This document shows, piece after piece, positions 63,411 to 64,000 of a DNA stretch of 64,000 nt. The position numbers were made by a program, and so were the translations under genes. The notes beneath the pieces were generated by a model that worked only from the letters and a program-made list of their open reading frames with translations, was not told the DNA's origin and ran no database searches. Source of the DNA: Octopus bimaculoides (Eukaryota); NCBI RefSeq assembly GCF_001194135.2, contig NC_068991.1:58591799-58655798 (forward strand), in the 5' to 3' direction. Numbering within the stretch: position 1 is the first letter of the stretch; every line of letters begins with the position of its first letter.

Positions 63411-64000
63411 TGTATGTATGTATGTATGTATGTATGTATGCATTGTGTGCCTCTGTGTGTGTGTGAGGTTGTAAAGTATTTATAAGTGTTATGTTTGTAT
63501 ATGTGTGTTGAGTAGGCAGCCTGTGGGGGAGGCATTTCAAAAATAGCAGGTTGGCGGTGCTATATTTGCCCCAGGTAACATGGTGATTCAGGAATAAAAC
63601 TGTTCTGTAATTGGAACATAATGTGTCTGAGAGTAACATCTGATAATCTGTGGAACCAGCACTACCCTACACCCTCTCCTATCTTACATCTCTCTTTCTC
63701 TCCGTCTCGCTCTCTCCCAATTTCTTTCTCTCTAGCATATATGAGTGTGCGCGTGTGTAAGCATACATATGTATGTGTGTACACATATGCGTGTGTGTAT
63801 GTGTGCGCGCCTATATATATGTATATATATATATATATATATGCAGACACTTCCACTTCTCCGTGATTCTTTATTTAATTTATTATTGTGTATATCCCTC
63901 CTTCCCTCCGTCCCTCTCCCCTCTCTACTGTCTGTTTGTATGTAGGTGCGCAGAAATACATATGTGTATGTGTGTGTGTGCATATACGTACATCTATATA

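Overview
Eukaryotic, repeat-saturated, apparently intronic or intergenic DNA from a gapped assembly. There are many N-runs, nearly all flanked by microsatellites. The repeat landscape (tRNA-derived SINE families at high density, (CA)n/(TA)n/(AGAT)n/(TAA)n/(CAT)n arrays, R4/Dong-like LINE ends, Penelope-like and mariner relics) points to an octopus or coleoid cephalopod genome. This is an inference from pattern recognition, not a database result. I found no intact host gene, rRNA, true tRNA or CRISPR array. Almost all ORFs in the supplied track are artefacts of microsatellites or N-gaps. The recognisable coding pieces are all transposon relics: four GIY-YIG endonuclease fragments of Penelope-like elements (PLEs), four R4/Dong-type restriction-like-endonuclease LINE fragments beside or within (TAA)n arrays, an L1/Tx1-like ORF1 plus a separate ORF2 scrap, and three Tc1/mariner relics. 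The most interesting signals are non-coding RNA structures. (1) At 1245-1320 (-), all hammerhead ribozyme core elements are present with correctly registered stems I and III, but in a strand order that is none of the three known circular permutations. (2) At 56574-56690 (-), there is a PLE-style type I hammerhead with a palindromic stem III. (3) Three divergent Dong-like subfamilies share a 3'UTR hairpin whose stem sequences differ but still pair. A SINE dimer junction also recurs at five loci, and one mariner has its 5' end replaced by an inverted copy of its 3' end. SINE boundaries are approximate (about 10-20 bp); structure coordinates were counted by hand.
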